From Chrysomallon squamiferum (taxonomy: Eukaryota; Animalia; Mollusca), in assembly GCA_012295275.1 (NCBI GenBank), contig CM022670.1:41416001-41480000 (forward strand): a DNA stretch of 64,000 bases, given 5' to 3'. Position numbers and translations under genes: made by a program. Shown here piece after piece: positions 39,676-53,661 of the stretch (the stretch's first letter is position 1; each line of letters begins with the position of its first letter). The notes below the pieces were generated by a model. That model was not told the origin of the DNA. It did not search any database and saw nothing but the letters and a program-made list of their open reading frames with translations.

Positions 39676-42600
39676 TATCCAGCAGAGTGAAAAGAGAAGG
39701 ACGGACACTAAGAGAACTGTTCTAGTTACTATTTTAAAACCAATCTCATTACTTGTCTCGGACACTAACAAATATTCAATATGAATGGTTTTGCATGCAG
39801 GCTGCTGTAACTAGTAACTTGTTGTGTATTATTCCATCCATACAGTACATGATGTATGTGTCAGTGTAGCAAAGGTTAAAAGTTGCTTTTCCATCTCTTG
39901 AGTTCCATTGTTATTATCGCAGAGAATTGCCAAATAAATTTGTAAAAGCTTAAATCTGAGATCTGCTGCTAGTAAATGCCAATGTCGGATATCGGTCGAT
40001 TCGAAATGTCGTAAAAATGACAATAAAATTTATTCTGTCGATTTAAGGGAGATGGACCAAATTTTCTCTTTCTATATTTTATTTTTCATAAATACATCTG
40101 TCATACATCTGACATATTAAAGTTTTTTATGTCTCTTACCTGTTTTGTGTCAAGCTGCAGCAATGAATCAGAAGTCTAAACTGTATCAGCAACTGTGAAG
40201 AAAAATACAGGAAATGTTAAAACAAAGACAGACGAATGGACGGACGAACTTTAAACAAAATGGTTAATGAAATAAATGAATGAATGAAGATGAAAAACAA
40301 TTATGTAAACCATCTTGAAAAGTTCATTACAGGCATGCTAAATCAATTCTTTAGCAAAAGCATATCAAATTTACCCTTACCCACTTAAACCCCACCTATT
40401 ACTTAAACATCTGCAATTCTGAACCATTTACACGGAGTGAAGGATGGAAGAAAGATAATTTAAAAAGTTAATACACTTACACCTGTAATATGAGATTTTT
40501 TTTATATTCAATTTTTAACAGAAAAGAATAAAAATACATTGCTGAAGTTATGATGTTTTACATATAAAAAAAAAAAAAAAAAAAAATAGAGTTTAATAAT
40601 TATAAATATATTTAATCATCTTTTAAACATTAATCTTTCTAAATCACCGCAGCTATCAAAATATACTATAATAGTGAAAAGAGATTTGGAGTGTGTGGGG
40701 GAATGTTTAGAAATTAATCTAGTGTGAAGGGGTTAAAAAGATTTGTATTTTATAAGTTCTGACCTATTTCCTCTCCCTCTGACTGCTGCTTTTTGTTTAG
40801 TCCAGTCATAAATCGAGGCTGTGCTTTACTGTTATGGCCTCATGGCATTTTTAATGTATGTTTTTCATGGCAATGATAAAAGCATTTCAACACAAACTTG
40901 ACCTCAGTGATAGCCTGACTGGAACTCTTCCTACAGCAGACCCAGTGTTTCAGTTACAGGACACACTAAGGAGAAGTCCAGTTTGAAAAACAGGCAGGCT
41001 ATGGAAGGAATTTTAAATTTATTTCTTACTTTAATCCACAAGCCCACATGGTGGCTTCCTTTCTCAATGACCTTAAATATTTGAGGTCAGCACCTTTCCA
41101 GTTAAAAAAAAAAAAAAAAATAAAAAACTGAGAAAGAAAAAAGTAAGAGAACTGAGAAAAGCGAGATATTAATTTTTAAGATGTGTGTTACATGTGAACA
41201 TTTGAAGAACTCTGACAGATGATGCTGGGATGTCTGGAATGATTAACAATGGTAAGTTAATTCATAACATCTTTAACTTGTTTCTCATACTAACTATAGT
41301 TATAGTTGTCTACCAGTTGTAGTTACATCAAATACACATCACACATTATGTTCAGTTCTGTTTGCAAAAGCTTTAACAAGCAATGACTTATAAAATCAAG
41401 TCTTAAAACAATATGTAGATATTTAGAATTTTAATTAACATTTGTAATTACAGCAGAATGTATCTGTGCTAATCAAGACACACAGTTAATAATCTCATCC
41501 TCTGAGTTGAGCACGTCTGTCGTGGGCAATAATACAGAAGTCCGAGTTATCTGCCCTCAAAGATTTAGAAGATTAATTAAAGAAAAGTTCAGTGTTCTGC
41601 TGGAACAAGCAACACATACCTATTTTTTTTTTTTTTACTGATTCAGGTTTAAGCAGCATGATGTAAGATTTTAATAAAAATGTATTTAGTTGTGTTTTTT
41701 GTAATAGATTTAAGGCTACATTGGGAGTATAATTTTGAGTTCCATTTTAATTTCATTATAATTAGTCTGATATACATTTTTAATTCTTAGGGAATCATTG
41801 TACATTTGTAACCTTGTTTACAGCAACAAAAATTACAGAATATTTGTAACAACAACATTTGTAATAACAACAGTAATTAAAAAACAAACAAAAAAATACA
41901 ACACAATAATAATTATAAGAAAAGCAACAACAATAATTATAAAAAAAACAATAACATCTGTTTTTAAAACCTGAAAATTTTAAATTTTATTTTCTACATT
42001 TGCTGGGTGTTGGGTGGGGAATGTTTCTCGACTTAAGATATTCACATAAGTGGTTTATTTAAATTGTTCATCGTTTTCGTATTGATTTCAACAGTTAGAC
42101 AAAAGGGACAGCAGATACATGTGTTATGTGTTTGAAGAATGTCTGTTGTCATCAATCTCACACATATGTACCTGTCGTTTGGATTAAAGATCAAAGCTAA
42201 ACCAACATGACATGTGACAAATGTTTACCTGTTTTGTCATCAGTTCTTTGATCTCGTGATTGGATTTACCTGAAGTGGCCCCAGCATCAATAATAACCCC
42301 ATCCAGTGTAGGATGATGTTGTTATTAAATTTAATACCTTTTTTATTTTTTAAACACATGCCTTTGGCAACAAAGATAGGATGAAAAAAAGTGTTTCTAA
42401 TAATTTCTCATGAAAACAAAATTACCTTTCTCTCATTTGCCTTTGGCAAAAATGAATAATTGTTCTAACTTTGGTCTGGAAATTGAAATGTGCATGCTAA
42501 CCATACAGAAATATGAGAGCGAGAGAAATGAAAGAATAAATAAAATATTGAGAAAATCAAAGTGAAAGAGATAAAACAGAAAAAAAGTAAAACTACTAAA

Positions 42601-43182
42601 TTGCAGAAAACAGATTGCAAAAAAACAACAAAACAATTTAACATTAAAAACTATGTAGAATATGAACAGCAAACTTTATTTATTTACATTATCATAACTA
42701 AAATTTATTTATTTATTTATTTATTTATTTACTTCTATTCTCCTGATTAAACATCTATGGAATTTGACAAGAATTACACTAATTTTTCAGTCTGCCATTG
42801 ACATGGTAAATAATGTCAACATAAAGTGTAATTTTGTGAATACAATTTAAATGTTAATTAAAATACTCTGCTTTGATGTGTTCAGAGAAAGCCATCTGTT
42901 TTTTAATCACCATGTATAAATATTATTATCGTACTGTTCAGCATATTGTGAGTCATATAAAATGCACCTGGTCTACACTTTATACATAAACTTTATTACT
43001 TGGCCAACACAAATGAAAATTAAATTTTCATCAAAAACACCTTAGGTGAATCAGATTAATCAATTATTCCTGTTGGTTAAAAAAAAAAAAGAAAAAAAAG
43101 AAGAAAACAAGATAGGAAGGAAAAAAAATAATATTAAAATTGTAATATTAATTAAATCAGGAAAATCTCTACATTTTTCCTT

Positions 43183-43275
43183 TGACAGCAACACATCTTT
43201 TACAAGCTAATTTCCCCATAACAGGAAAGCACCTACCACACTTTCATAACAGGTCATGTTTATCAGTTGGAATAC
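43183..43275 (-). mobile_element. SINE core fragment
   Basis: CAGCAACACATCTTTTACAAGC...CCCCATAACAGGAAAGCACCTACCAC is the reverse complement of the GTGGTA.GT.CT.TCCTGT..TGGG...AAAAGAT...TTGCTG core. Confidence 0.55.
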
Positions 43276-44839
43276 TGCAATACTGAGTCTAACATTCCAT
43301 CCTTTTTCCCTAGCTTTACTATTTTAACTGCCAATTATTTATTTATTTATCTTTTTCACTGGTTTTGTTTGTTTTGTATTTTTTTTTTATATTTGTATTT
43401 TTACTTCTTTTATTTTTATTTGTTTAGGGTCATATATTATTATTTTTTTTTCAGTATATTTTTTTCTCAATACAATTTATAATGAAATGAGACTATTTTG
43501 GATTTCACTGATTACCGATCTTATCATCACTTCATGTAAATTTAATCAAGAGATCAAAGAAACAAAACACCTGTCACTGAAATCTTAATTAGGCCTGCTT
43601 AATGACAGGTGATAAACTAGTGTCACACAAGTTAAAACTGCTCTTATTGTTGAGCACATATTTTAAACAACAAACAAACACACTACAATAGTTTTAACAA
43701 CTAACCCACACCCACACAATACTGTTTGTTACATTTATTATTATTACTTTTAAACATTTATTTTTATTTAGTTTTGTTCTTAAGAAAGCAATAATCTTCC
43801 CTTGCAACAAAATGAATGAATATTTCAATGTATTTTAATGTTTACTGTTAACATGTTATAAGAAGCCCCATAGCAACATTGTAGGCTATTTTCCTAACAC
43901 AGTAATATTTTAGATGCATGTTATTATCAAGAGAAAAATCATTTTTAAAAAGTTTAAAAGTTATGAAACAATATATATATTTTTTTCTTTATTAATAAAT
44001 ATCCTTACAAAATTAAAAAAAAAGATTTTAATCATTAAAAAAAATTCACTTTTGATGTAAGTTATCTATAAAATCTCAAAAAAAAAAGTGTTTCTGTGAT
44101 TAACCAGTTTCACATGTCGCTGGTGTCTACAAAACAAAACTGCTGTCTATGTCCAGTTTTTAATTTCCTCGTTGTCCAGCGACATTGTCTGAGTGTAGCA
44201 GACAAACATCTTAAAAAGATTTTCCTCTTCAAACTGTTAATTAAGCTGTGCCCACTGTACTGACTTAACTGATGGTAGTCATATTTTGTGTGTGTGCTCT
44301 CTCTCCAACGTGTAATTACAACCTATCTGTTTGTCAGGCCAATTTTCCGCTTGAGCACAGCTCCAGACCTGACACCTCCGGCTACATAATAAACTGCACT
44401 GTGAAATGAAGACATCAACACTATTTACAAGATGTCTGCACCTTTGAGACGGCCCCTGGCATTGTTTAAAACCATGTTAGTCCCCCTACCCTTGCCGATT
44501 CATTATACCACAGTTTTATATGCTGATGTACTAGACTGTCAATCACACTAATTGACTTGTTGTTATAGTTTTATCTCATGTGTGGTCTAGAGGGGTCCAT
44601 GACAATCTTATCCCCAAGACACCCCCCCTCTGAAAGCTTTTTATTCACCATGTTTGACACGCTGCTAATATTCTGCAGTAACAGTTCTTTTAATATTTTT
44701 TTAATGTGCATACTATGTTTGCTTCATTACTGATAACTGATAAGGACTGTATAAAGAAATTTTATTTTGTGCATGTATACATTTTTGTAGACACACATAT
44801 ACACATACCTAATAACATACAAATTAATAATCTATATCA

Positions 44840-45835
44840 TTATCATGTACTACTGTTAGAATGACATGATACAAATGATACATGATATCATGTACTACTG
44901 TGATATTACAATACTGACATGTCATATAAATGATATCATGTACTACTGTGATATTACTACACTGACATGTCATACAAATGATATCATGTACTACTGTGAT
45001 ATTACAACACTGACACGTCATATAAATGATATCATGTACTACTGTGATATTACAACACTGACATGTCATATAAATGATATCATATACTACTGTGATATTA
45101 CTACACTCACTGACGCGTCATACAAATGATATATGGTATCATGTACTTCTGTGATATTACAACACTGACATGTCATATAAATGATACATGTGATGTACTA
45201 CTGTGATATTACTACACTGACATGTCATAACAAATGATACTTATCATGTACTACTGTGATATTACTACACTGACACGTCATATAAATGATATCATGTACT
45301 ACTGTGATATTACTACACTGACACGTCATAACAAATGATATCATGTACTACTGTGATATTACTATACTGTCATGTCATACACATGATATCATGTACTACT
45401 GTGATATTACTACACTGACATGTCATACAAATGATACTTATCATGTACTACTGTGATATTACTATACTGTCATGTCATATAAATGGTATCATGTACTTCT
45501 GTGATATTACAATACTGTCATGTCATACAAATGATATCATGTACTACTGTGATATTACTACACTGACATGTCATAACAAATGATACTTATCATGTACTGC
45601 TGATATTACTATACTGTCATGTCATACAAATGATACATGATATGATGCACTACTGTGATATTACAACATTGACATGTTATATAAATTATATCATGTACTA
45701 CTGTGATATTATCACACTGATGTCAAACAAATAAAACATATCATGTACATGTTATACACATAATACATGATATCGTGTACCTCTGTGCCATTTACTGCTG
45801 TGATATTACTAAACATACGTTATATAAATGATACA
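44840..45835. repeat. 48-bp minisatellite (ATGATATCATGTACTACTGTGATATTACTACACTGACATGTCATATAA), ~20 copies
   Basis: ATGATATCA at 44882, 44930 and onward; explains the repetitive ORFs 44824-45069 and 44866-45129. Confidence 0.95.
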
Positions 45836-46279
45836 TGATGTCTGCAAGCAATGTCCTGTTATTACTGAATTTCCTTACTCTAAAACAGATGATGTAATCT
45901 TATACAGAGTTGTAAATTGTTCTGACATTTCAATTCTAATTACATCATACCTGTTAGCAACTGTCAGTTCAAAAAGACTTCATTATTTATGAATGAGTAT
46001 TTGCTTAATATCTTAAAACACCTTAATCTTAAAAGTCAAATTATAAATTTTTTCTTTATTTTTAAATGAATGATGATATGAAACCACAGCTTGCACAGTA
46101 AAAGTAAATCTGACAGAAGTAAAACAAAACTGACATTTATTTACTTTGCAAGGTGGAAAAAAGATGTATAACTATCACTATCATAATTGATGTTTTTATC
46201 CAATTTCCATTTATATACTGTTACAATGCACTTACCCACAATTAAAAAAAAAAGTGCACATAGAACAACCACAACACAA

Positions 46280-46480
46280 CAGAAATAAGTAAAACCCATT
46301 CAAGATAAGTAAAATACAACATATATAAGTAAAACAAAACATATAAAATAAATAAAATACAACATATATAAGTAAAACAACAAATATAAAATAAATAAAA
46401 TATAAATAAAACAATATTTCACTGAAGTAAAATACAACACATGTAAGATAAGTAAAACACAACCTATGTAAGATATATTT
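46280..46480. repeat. Degenerate A-rich tandem repeat (AAGTAAAATACAACATATAT)
   Basis: AAGTAAAA recurs several times. Confidence 0.6.
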
Positions 46481-46785
46481 AACAGCCTTGGGCACTTTAC
46501 AGATTGGTCAGTTTAATTTCAGCTCACATACCTACATGACATTTTATAATGATTTGTAGTCAACATCTACATCTGGTGGATTTTTTATATCTTATTTTTT
46601 AACTTGTAAACAAAACATTCCTAAGTTAGAGTTTACTGTGTAATAACCCTTATGATATTTAATCAATTTTGATAGCATCTGTAAAGTTGTTTTTAAAAGC
46701 ATAATGACATAAAACATTTGAAAAATGACAAATAGATTAGTTTATGTCACATTTGGACATTAGCACTGATATTTTTAATTAAAAC

Positions 46786-46821
<36 letters not shown>

Positions 46822-47231
46822 TAATAACAACAACAACAACAATAATAAATAAATACATAAATGTGTGTTTAAGATCATCAAATTACTGAGGTCTATTATT
46901 CAAAGGTTATTTCTGGAGTGATAGTATCAAGTTGATATCTCCGTACAATTAGAGTTAACTCTGAAGTTTTAAGATAATTACCAAAATAAAAACATGACCC
47001 AGCTTCTAACCTTATCAGTTTCATAGCTGGGCTGTTGGACCGAAGGCCAGTATTTGCTGTGATCATTTCCCTGTACAGATCATCAGTCAGAATTAACTAA
47101 CTAGTTTTGAAATCAGTAATGCTTTATAACAAAACATCTAAACCCTAATACATCAGCTTTAAAACTGAAAAGTGCTGAGTTCATTTCCTAGCACTGACAT
47201 TAGTTTTAAAATCACTATAAATTAGTCATCA

Positions 47232-47445
47232 TGGTGATGGTATGGCTAATCCAGATAATTGAACACTGGTAGGTAGTGGGATCAATGCTAGCTTCTGCTC
47301 AGAGGTAACTGTTGAAGAATGAGAATATTCTTTTATCATCAAATCATTTTCTAACACCAACTACAACACTGTATTGGCTTGATAACCCAGTTCCTTCACT
47401 GCATGTCCAAGACAGCCATGTTTGAATCTTTAAATGAAACAAGTA
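47232..47445 (+). mobile_element. Decayed copy of a second SINE-like family
   Basis: tRNA-like head remnant (GGTAGGTAGTGGGATCAAT) and a 3' part TGTCCAAGACAGCCATGTTTGAATCTTTAA resembling a recalled gastropod SINE tail (CCCAGGACAGCGTGCTTGAACCTTAA); based on memory only. Confidence 0.35.
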
Positions 47446-48238
47446 GCTTTCAGATGGGTTAAAGTTAACCTAAAATAGTATTTTTAGGCTGTCAATCTAG
47501 CTTTGAAAAGTCATGCACAAAAACAGATTAATGAAACAATCGCTATTCGTCAAATTGGATTAAAATTTTCAATATAAATTCACTTTAATTGATTGATTTT
47601 TACAAACTCAGTAAAATGTAATCTTAATTTAATTCAAAAATATTTAATTTAATCAAAAATTCATTGATTAAATGTGAATTAGTTTGTGGAAATCACTGAA
47701 GTGTTAAGCTGTATGTGAGAGGAAAACAAGGTGAAATAAAATAACATAAAAATCAGTTATTTAAATTAATGAAATATTGTAAAGTAATGTTGTTAGAACA
47801 GATTTCTTTACAAGTGAAAAACATCACAATACATTTTGATCTTTCTCATGTGTATGCCACTGATAACGATTGGCATTTTCTGTTATTCCTTAACAATGTA
47901 CAAACTGAAACATTCACTCATTATAATTATCATTATTTTTTTTTTTTTAAACTGTTATATAAACCATTTAATTCACTAATTTCAGATTCATTTCTTAAAA
48001 TAATTTTCATCTGTGTATGGTTTGTGGTAATCTAGCACCAAATTTAGTTTGGTTTGGGATCCTTTGAACAATCTAAACACATGTATATTTATGACTGAAT
48101 TGTTCTCAGAAATGAACAAATTTACCAGTCATTACTTTTTACTTTTTTACCTGATATTAATTCAGTCTAGAACGAAATCAGTCTGTTTAATTTATTAAAA
48201 GTAATGGATGGATTTCATTGCAACTGAAATAATAATAA

Positions 48239-48269
<31 letters not shown>

Positions 48270-48733
48270 TATGTGTGTGTATGTGTGTGTAAATGTATAT
48301 GTACAACTTAACAAGAGCTATAGGTGAATTTTTCTAAACCTAACATTTCTTGTCTAGACACAGAATGGACACTCCTGATGCAAATTACAAAACTGATCAA
48401 CCAAACATAACCAAACACCACCAAATTTCCACGTGAAAACTACTGACACTTTACAGTTTTCTTGTTAAAAACTGAATAACTTGTTAACAAAGATGGTAAA
48501 ACAAATGTTTCATGGGGCAGATTGTTAAGTATAATCACACAAAATATCCATACTAATCATGCTTGCTCTTGCTTGATAACGGAGTTATGCATGTAAGTCT
48601 GTCTGTAAGTGTGTCCATCCCTTGTGAAGTCTTCATGTTTTAATCAGCACCTGAGGCAATGTTGTTGAACACAGGTAGAAATCCCCAGTAACTGCTCATC
48701 TGTCACACAAACATCAAACTTGTCACTTGTGAC

Positions 48734-48990
48734 TGACAGCTTAATAACTGATCATTTACTGATCTACAACACTACTCAACTGGGGCAAAAGGAAAAAGAC
48801 TTAACAATAAAAAAAAAAGTAAAACATTAAAATATATACATTTTAAATATTTTTCAAATTGACTGCTTAATAACTGATCATTTCCTCATATGCAAACATT
48901 AATAAACTGGGACAGAGAGAGAAAAAAAGTTAATAAAAAAACCCACCAATAAAACATTAAAAGTACATATTTTTAATATTTTCTCAAAGG
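48734..48990. repeat. Diverged tandem duplication (~126-bp period)
   Basis: GAC.GCTTAATAACTGATCATTT...AACTGGG...TAAAACATTAAAA...TATTTT.CAAA occurs twice. Confidence 0.8.
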
Positions 48991-49769
48991 TTAGTAGCTC
49001 CATGACACATTATTGCTGTTTTGTACTTAATCTTACTGCCAGAAACAAATAATACCAAATTAAAACAATAAATAAAAGAAAAGAAAGAAGAGAAACAAGT
49101 TATAGTAAATAATGCTTAAATACAATGCTAGCCCAATTTTCACCAGTTAACAAAATATGTTGATCAAAACTGCTATATATTTAACACAAACTGTGAATAA
49201 TGGTTTCTTTCCCATGTAAATTTTAAAACCAAACCAGAAACAGTATTAATCCTGTTATGCTGCAACAATAATATTCAGATTTTATTTTTTTCTTCCTTTG
49301 TTTTTTTTTTTTATTATTATTATTATTGCACATCTAACAAAACAAAACAAAAAATAAAAAAGAAGAAAAAAAAATCTCTATAGATGTGCCATATGTTGAG
49401 GATAATTACATATGGTAAGAGTATTTTAAAACAACCTGATCTGTTTTCAAATATGACTAACTTCATAAAACTTCAGCACTTGAAATTTCATGTTAAAAAG
49501 TAAAGAAAAAAAAAAGTAAATATTTTTTTCTTGTAGTGAGAGAGCTGATTTTAAGTGTGAAATGTTGGAGGACCATCCCTTATTGATGTAGTTATTAGGT
49601 TATTACAGTGTGTATGTTGATGCATTTAAAAGATCTTTTTTTCTGCTTAATGAGAATAGAACATATTTCCTCTCTCAAATATTCATATATTTAACATGAT
49701 AATCAGTATTAAGAAGTTGTTGAAACATTTCTTCATAGAAATCTATGAATTTTTTTTAGAGGAGGCTAT

Positions 49770-50465
49770 TACAATTTTCAGACTGAATTATCAAGTTTTT
49801 AAACTGTATTATAAAGTTTTCAAATTGATTTGTTTAGTTTATATATATATATATATATAGACACACACACACACACATATATATATTTAATAAAATGTTT
49901 GAACTGTATTATAAAGTTTTGAAAATGCATTAAATTTTTTAATGGATAATAAAACTTGAATTTAAGTTTTTAAATTCAATTATTAAGTTTTTAAATGGAT
50001 AATGTGTTCAATCTATATTACATAATTTTCAAACTGAATTAAGTTTTATAAATGTATAATAAGTTTTCAACTACATTACACACTTTTCAAACTGAATAAT
50101 TAAGTTTTAAATAAATAATTAAGTGTTCAAACTGTATTACTAAGTTTTCAAACTGAATTATTAATTTTTTAAATGTATAAGTTTCAAACTATATTATACT
50201 CTTTTCAAACTGTATTATTAAGTATTTAAATGTATAATTAATGTTCAAACTGTTTTACACAATTTTCAAATTGAATTATTCAGTTTTTAAATGGATAATT
50301 GAGTGTTGAAACTGTATTACTAAGTTTTCAAACTGAATTATTAAGTATTTAAATGGATAATCAAGTATTCAGAACTGTATTTGAAAGTTATCAAATTGAA
50401 TTATCAAGTTTTCAGAGGGATAATTAACTATTCAAACTGTATTAAAAAGTTTTCAAACTCAATTA
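49770..50465. repeat. Degenerate minisatellite with ~21-bp subunits in ~62-bp blocks (TTTTCAAACTGAATTATTAAG...)
   Basis: TTCAAACTG.ATT and AAGTTTTTAAATGGATAAT alternate through the region. Confidence 0.8.
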
Positions 50466-53400
50466 GGAATTTTTCTTAGGTAGAATGTCAATGAAAAGAG
50501 GCAAATCATTAAGAAATCAGTAAAATAACATTTGACTAAAGACATGTCATCTCAGCAGGTTGCAGCTCTTCAAACAGTTTTCTAGTTGGCTAACTCAGCC
50601 AGATGCTGCAGTAGCTGTCATTTTCACGAGATGTATCACCAACAGTGCATGTCCTCACCACAGTGCAATCATCACATCATCATCACGTCCCAGTGGTTAC
50701 ACCACAGCACACTCATCACAATGAATGATGTCATGTCCCATGAAATGTAAGCCCTATTGAATGACAATCAGATCTCAGCAGTAACTGTTTCTCAACAACT
50801 ATCCCAGCTCCTTCACTGGAGCCCCACTGAGTCTGTGTCGTCAACAATTACACCAAGCATTAGAAATCACTCACCCATTTAATAGGGACAGCATCTGATT
50901 GAAAATAAAAAATAAATAAACCTTTTTTTATCTCTTTTTTTTTTAAAACTTCAGTTACATTCAGTGTCAAAGAGATTAACACCAAGTTAAAAAGAAACTG
51001 GGTTTTTTTTTCATATTTTTAATTTTATTTTAAAAAAAAAAATTATATTATTTTTCCCACCTGTGCTGCAGGGTATTTTACTTTATACTGTTTTTATTTT
51101 TATTATTAGTTGGGGATTTTTAACAGACAGTACTGAAAGAAAAAGAAAAATGAAAGAAGATATTTATAAATAAAATAGTATCTGAGATTATCTTGCAGAT
51201 AACTATTTCTGAAAGTTCATTTGTTCAACTGAATATCTAAATCTGATAGTAAGACATCATGGTTAAAAGACTGAAAACAAAGACATGCAAACACACACAA
51301 CGCATGCATGCACGCATGCACACACATATGCATATATCCATACAGATGAACAAAATTTAATTTACAAACTGTCAATAAAGGATGCAACATGCCCCAACTG
51401 CTATTAAAATATCTATAATGTTTGGACTTTTTTTCCACTTTAAATAACATATGTGTATTTTAATGTAATTGCACCAGCACAGGTGAATAGGTGAGTGTTT
51501 GATGTACTTAAAGTTTGGAACATTTCAACATTTCACTAGTATTAAAGCCTATCAGTGTGGATTATTTGCAGCCTGTTAAACATGTTACATAATTCAAATC
51601 TACTCTAAAGTCCTTAATCTTTACCTACATACATGCTTGTAATCAGTACTCAAGCAAAAAAATTTAATATTTAGTTTTTTTATTTATTTATATTTTTTTA
51701 AATAATGATAATAGAAAAAAGGTATTTAAAAGTCCGTATCTGTTGCTTAAATATGTATGAGTTTATCATTACTTTTAAAAAAAGAAACTGAGAAATTATT
51801 AAGCATAAAATGATAGATTTAGATATTAAAGTAATATGAATAAAACATTCAACTATATTCATTTTTACAACTCTCTCTCTTTTTGTTGTTGCATATTTTC
51901 TAATATTTAATTACATTTTCCTTTAAAATGAAAAATTACAACAGTGATCTGCTGCAACAATCTCTGACACAATCTAGTTAAACAACGTAGGGTTGCGAAG
52001 CAGATTTTACATGAAATGTTTAACATTTGAATCCAATCAGAACGTGTATGAATATAAAAAAAGATAAGAGTAATCAACTTTACGACTTGCTCATAAATAC
52101 TGGCAAAATTCTTTTGTTCAAGATGCACAAGAGTAATTTTTAGACATCTGGTCTTCTCATTTTTCGTGGATTCTCATTTTTGCCAGCTAAATGTTAAGAG
52201 ATAAAAAGTTCAAGTGAGCAAGCAATAAAAAGAAGCCACAGGCAGATGGCAGACCTTGTAGTTATGATTTCATTTAAAAAAACATCGTAAATTTTCCCCA
52301 CATTCTTTGAGGTCGCCTGCCAGAAAATGATAAGCAAAAATAATAGGAAAGAAGAAAGTCACAATATGATCAGCTGTATCCCACATCATTTCCATAAGCC
52401 AATTTTAAAAACTATGTGCTGTTCAAATTTTGAAAGCAAACTGTAAAATGTGAGGAATTTACCAATGTGCATACTATTTTGGAAGTGCCCTTTCTCTCGA
52501 AAAATCTGCTTCCATGGCAACAGTGGCACAGATGGTCGAATGATCTATAGGTAGTAGTTTCAGCTACAATTTACATAAAGGTGATCATTTTCAAAAATCT
52601 CTAAACACATCAAGATGGTAGATAGGAACATCTGAAGTGAATTACTTTTCATCCTCTGACGACAACGAAAATCTATTATACACATCCACTTCCCATACGT
52701 CACTGTTATGAGATAAATTTAAAATAAAAAAAAATATTATTTTAACTACTTGAATTAAAAGAACATGAGATACAATGATAGATGAAAAAGAGAATGCCCC
52801 GTGCAACTTCAAGTACTTTGAAATCCCGCGGGGGGTGCCAGTGAATAAAACATGGTTACGAGAAAAACGCTCTGGGACAGTTTCCTTTTCAGTTTCAAAA
52901 CAAACAGCATTTTAAAACTATTTCATCTAATTCACAAGAGCAGGCTAAAAACTGATTAGTCTCAAGTACACAGGAACAAATCTTTTTTTTAAACAAATGT
53001 TAGATCTTAAGCCATGTTTAATGCATGAATAAATACGGCTTTGTCTGAAGTGTTTTTGAAAACAGCATTCTCAACAGCTATGTATGAATAAACTAAAGAA
53101 AAGTTTTTAAAAATAAAAATGCTGTTTGAAAAATTTATTAATGATTAACTTGTACTTTAAAAAACGGTGGTTGTGAAAATCTATACTTTTATTGGAATTC
53201 AAGGATAGGAAACTTTGGCAACACTCTCAAGCTATTGTAATTGTTTAACCATTAAGAAATGTATTTGCATATTAGAATTTTTTCAAACACTATTTCTGTC
53301 TGTATGTATAACAGTAGTATTAATCCATAACTATGAACATTAACAGTACAATTCACTTGCTTTAAATGATCATAGATTAACAAAAGAGTGAGTAATGACA

Positions 53401-53629
53401 AAGAACTACTAATACAAATAAGCCATAAAGACATATATGGTTTAAGATTATATAAATTATGAACAAGAAATCTTAAAGAGATTATTTTCCATTTCTAACC
53501 CTACATTAGTCACAATTAACTAAACATGTATCATCTATAGAACATGTAAAATTAAAATGATTTATTCCTAACATTAACACTCATGTGACAAAATTTTTTT
53601 CTTTTAATTTTGTTTTTTTATTTTTAAAA

Positions 53630-53661
<32 letters not shown>

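Noticed and set aside
3940-40736. piggyBac-like termini (TTAACCCT / AGGGTTAA / AAGAGTTAA at about 3945, 11232, 11376, 11692, 39055, 40728)
   Set aside because: Short, no properly paired inverted ends, expected by chance in AT-rich DNA.
44824-45129. Cys/His-rich repetitive ORFs resembling metal-binding repeats
   Set aside because: Translations of the 48-bp minisatellite; the frame breaks in later units.
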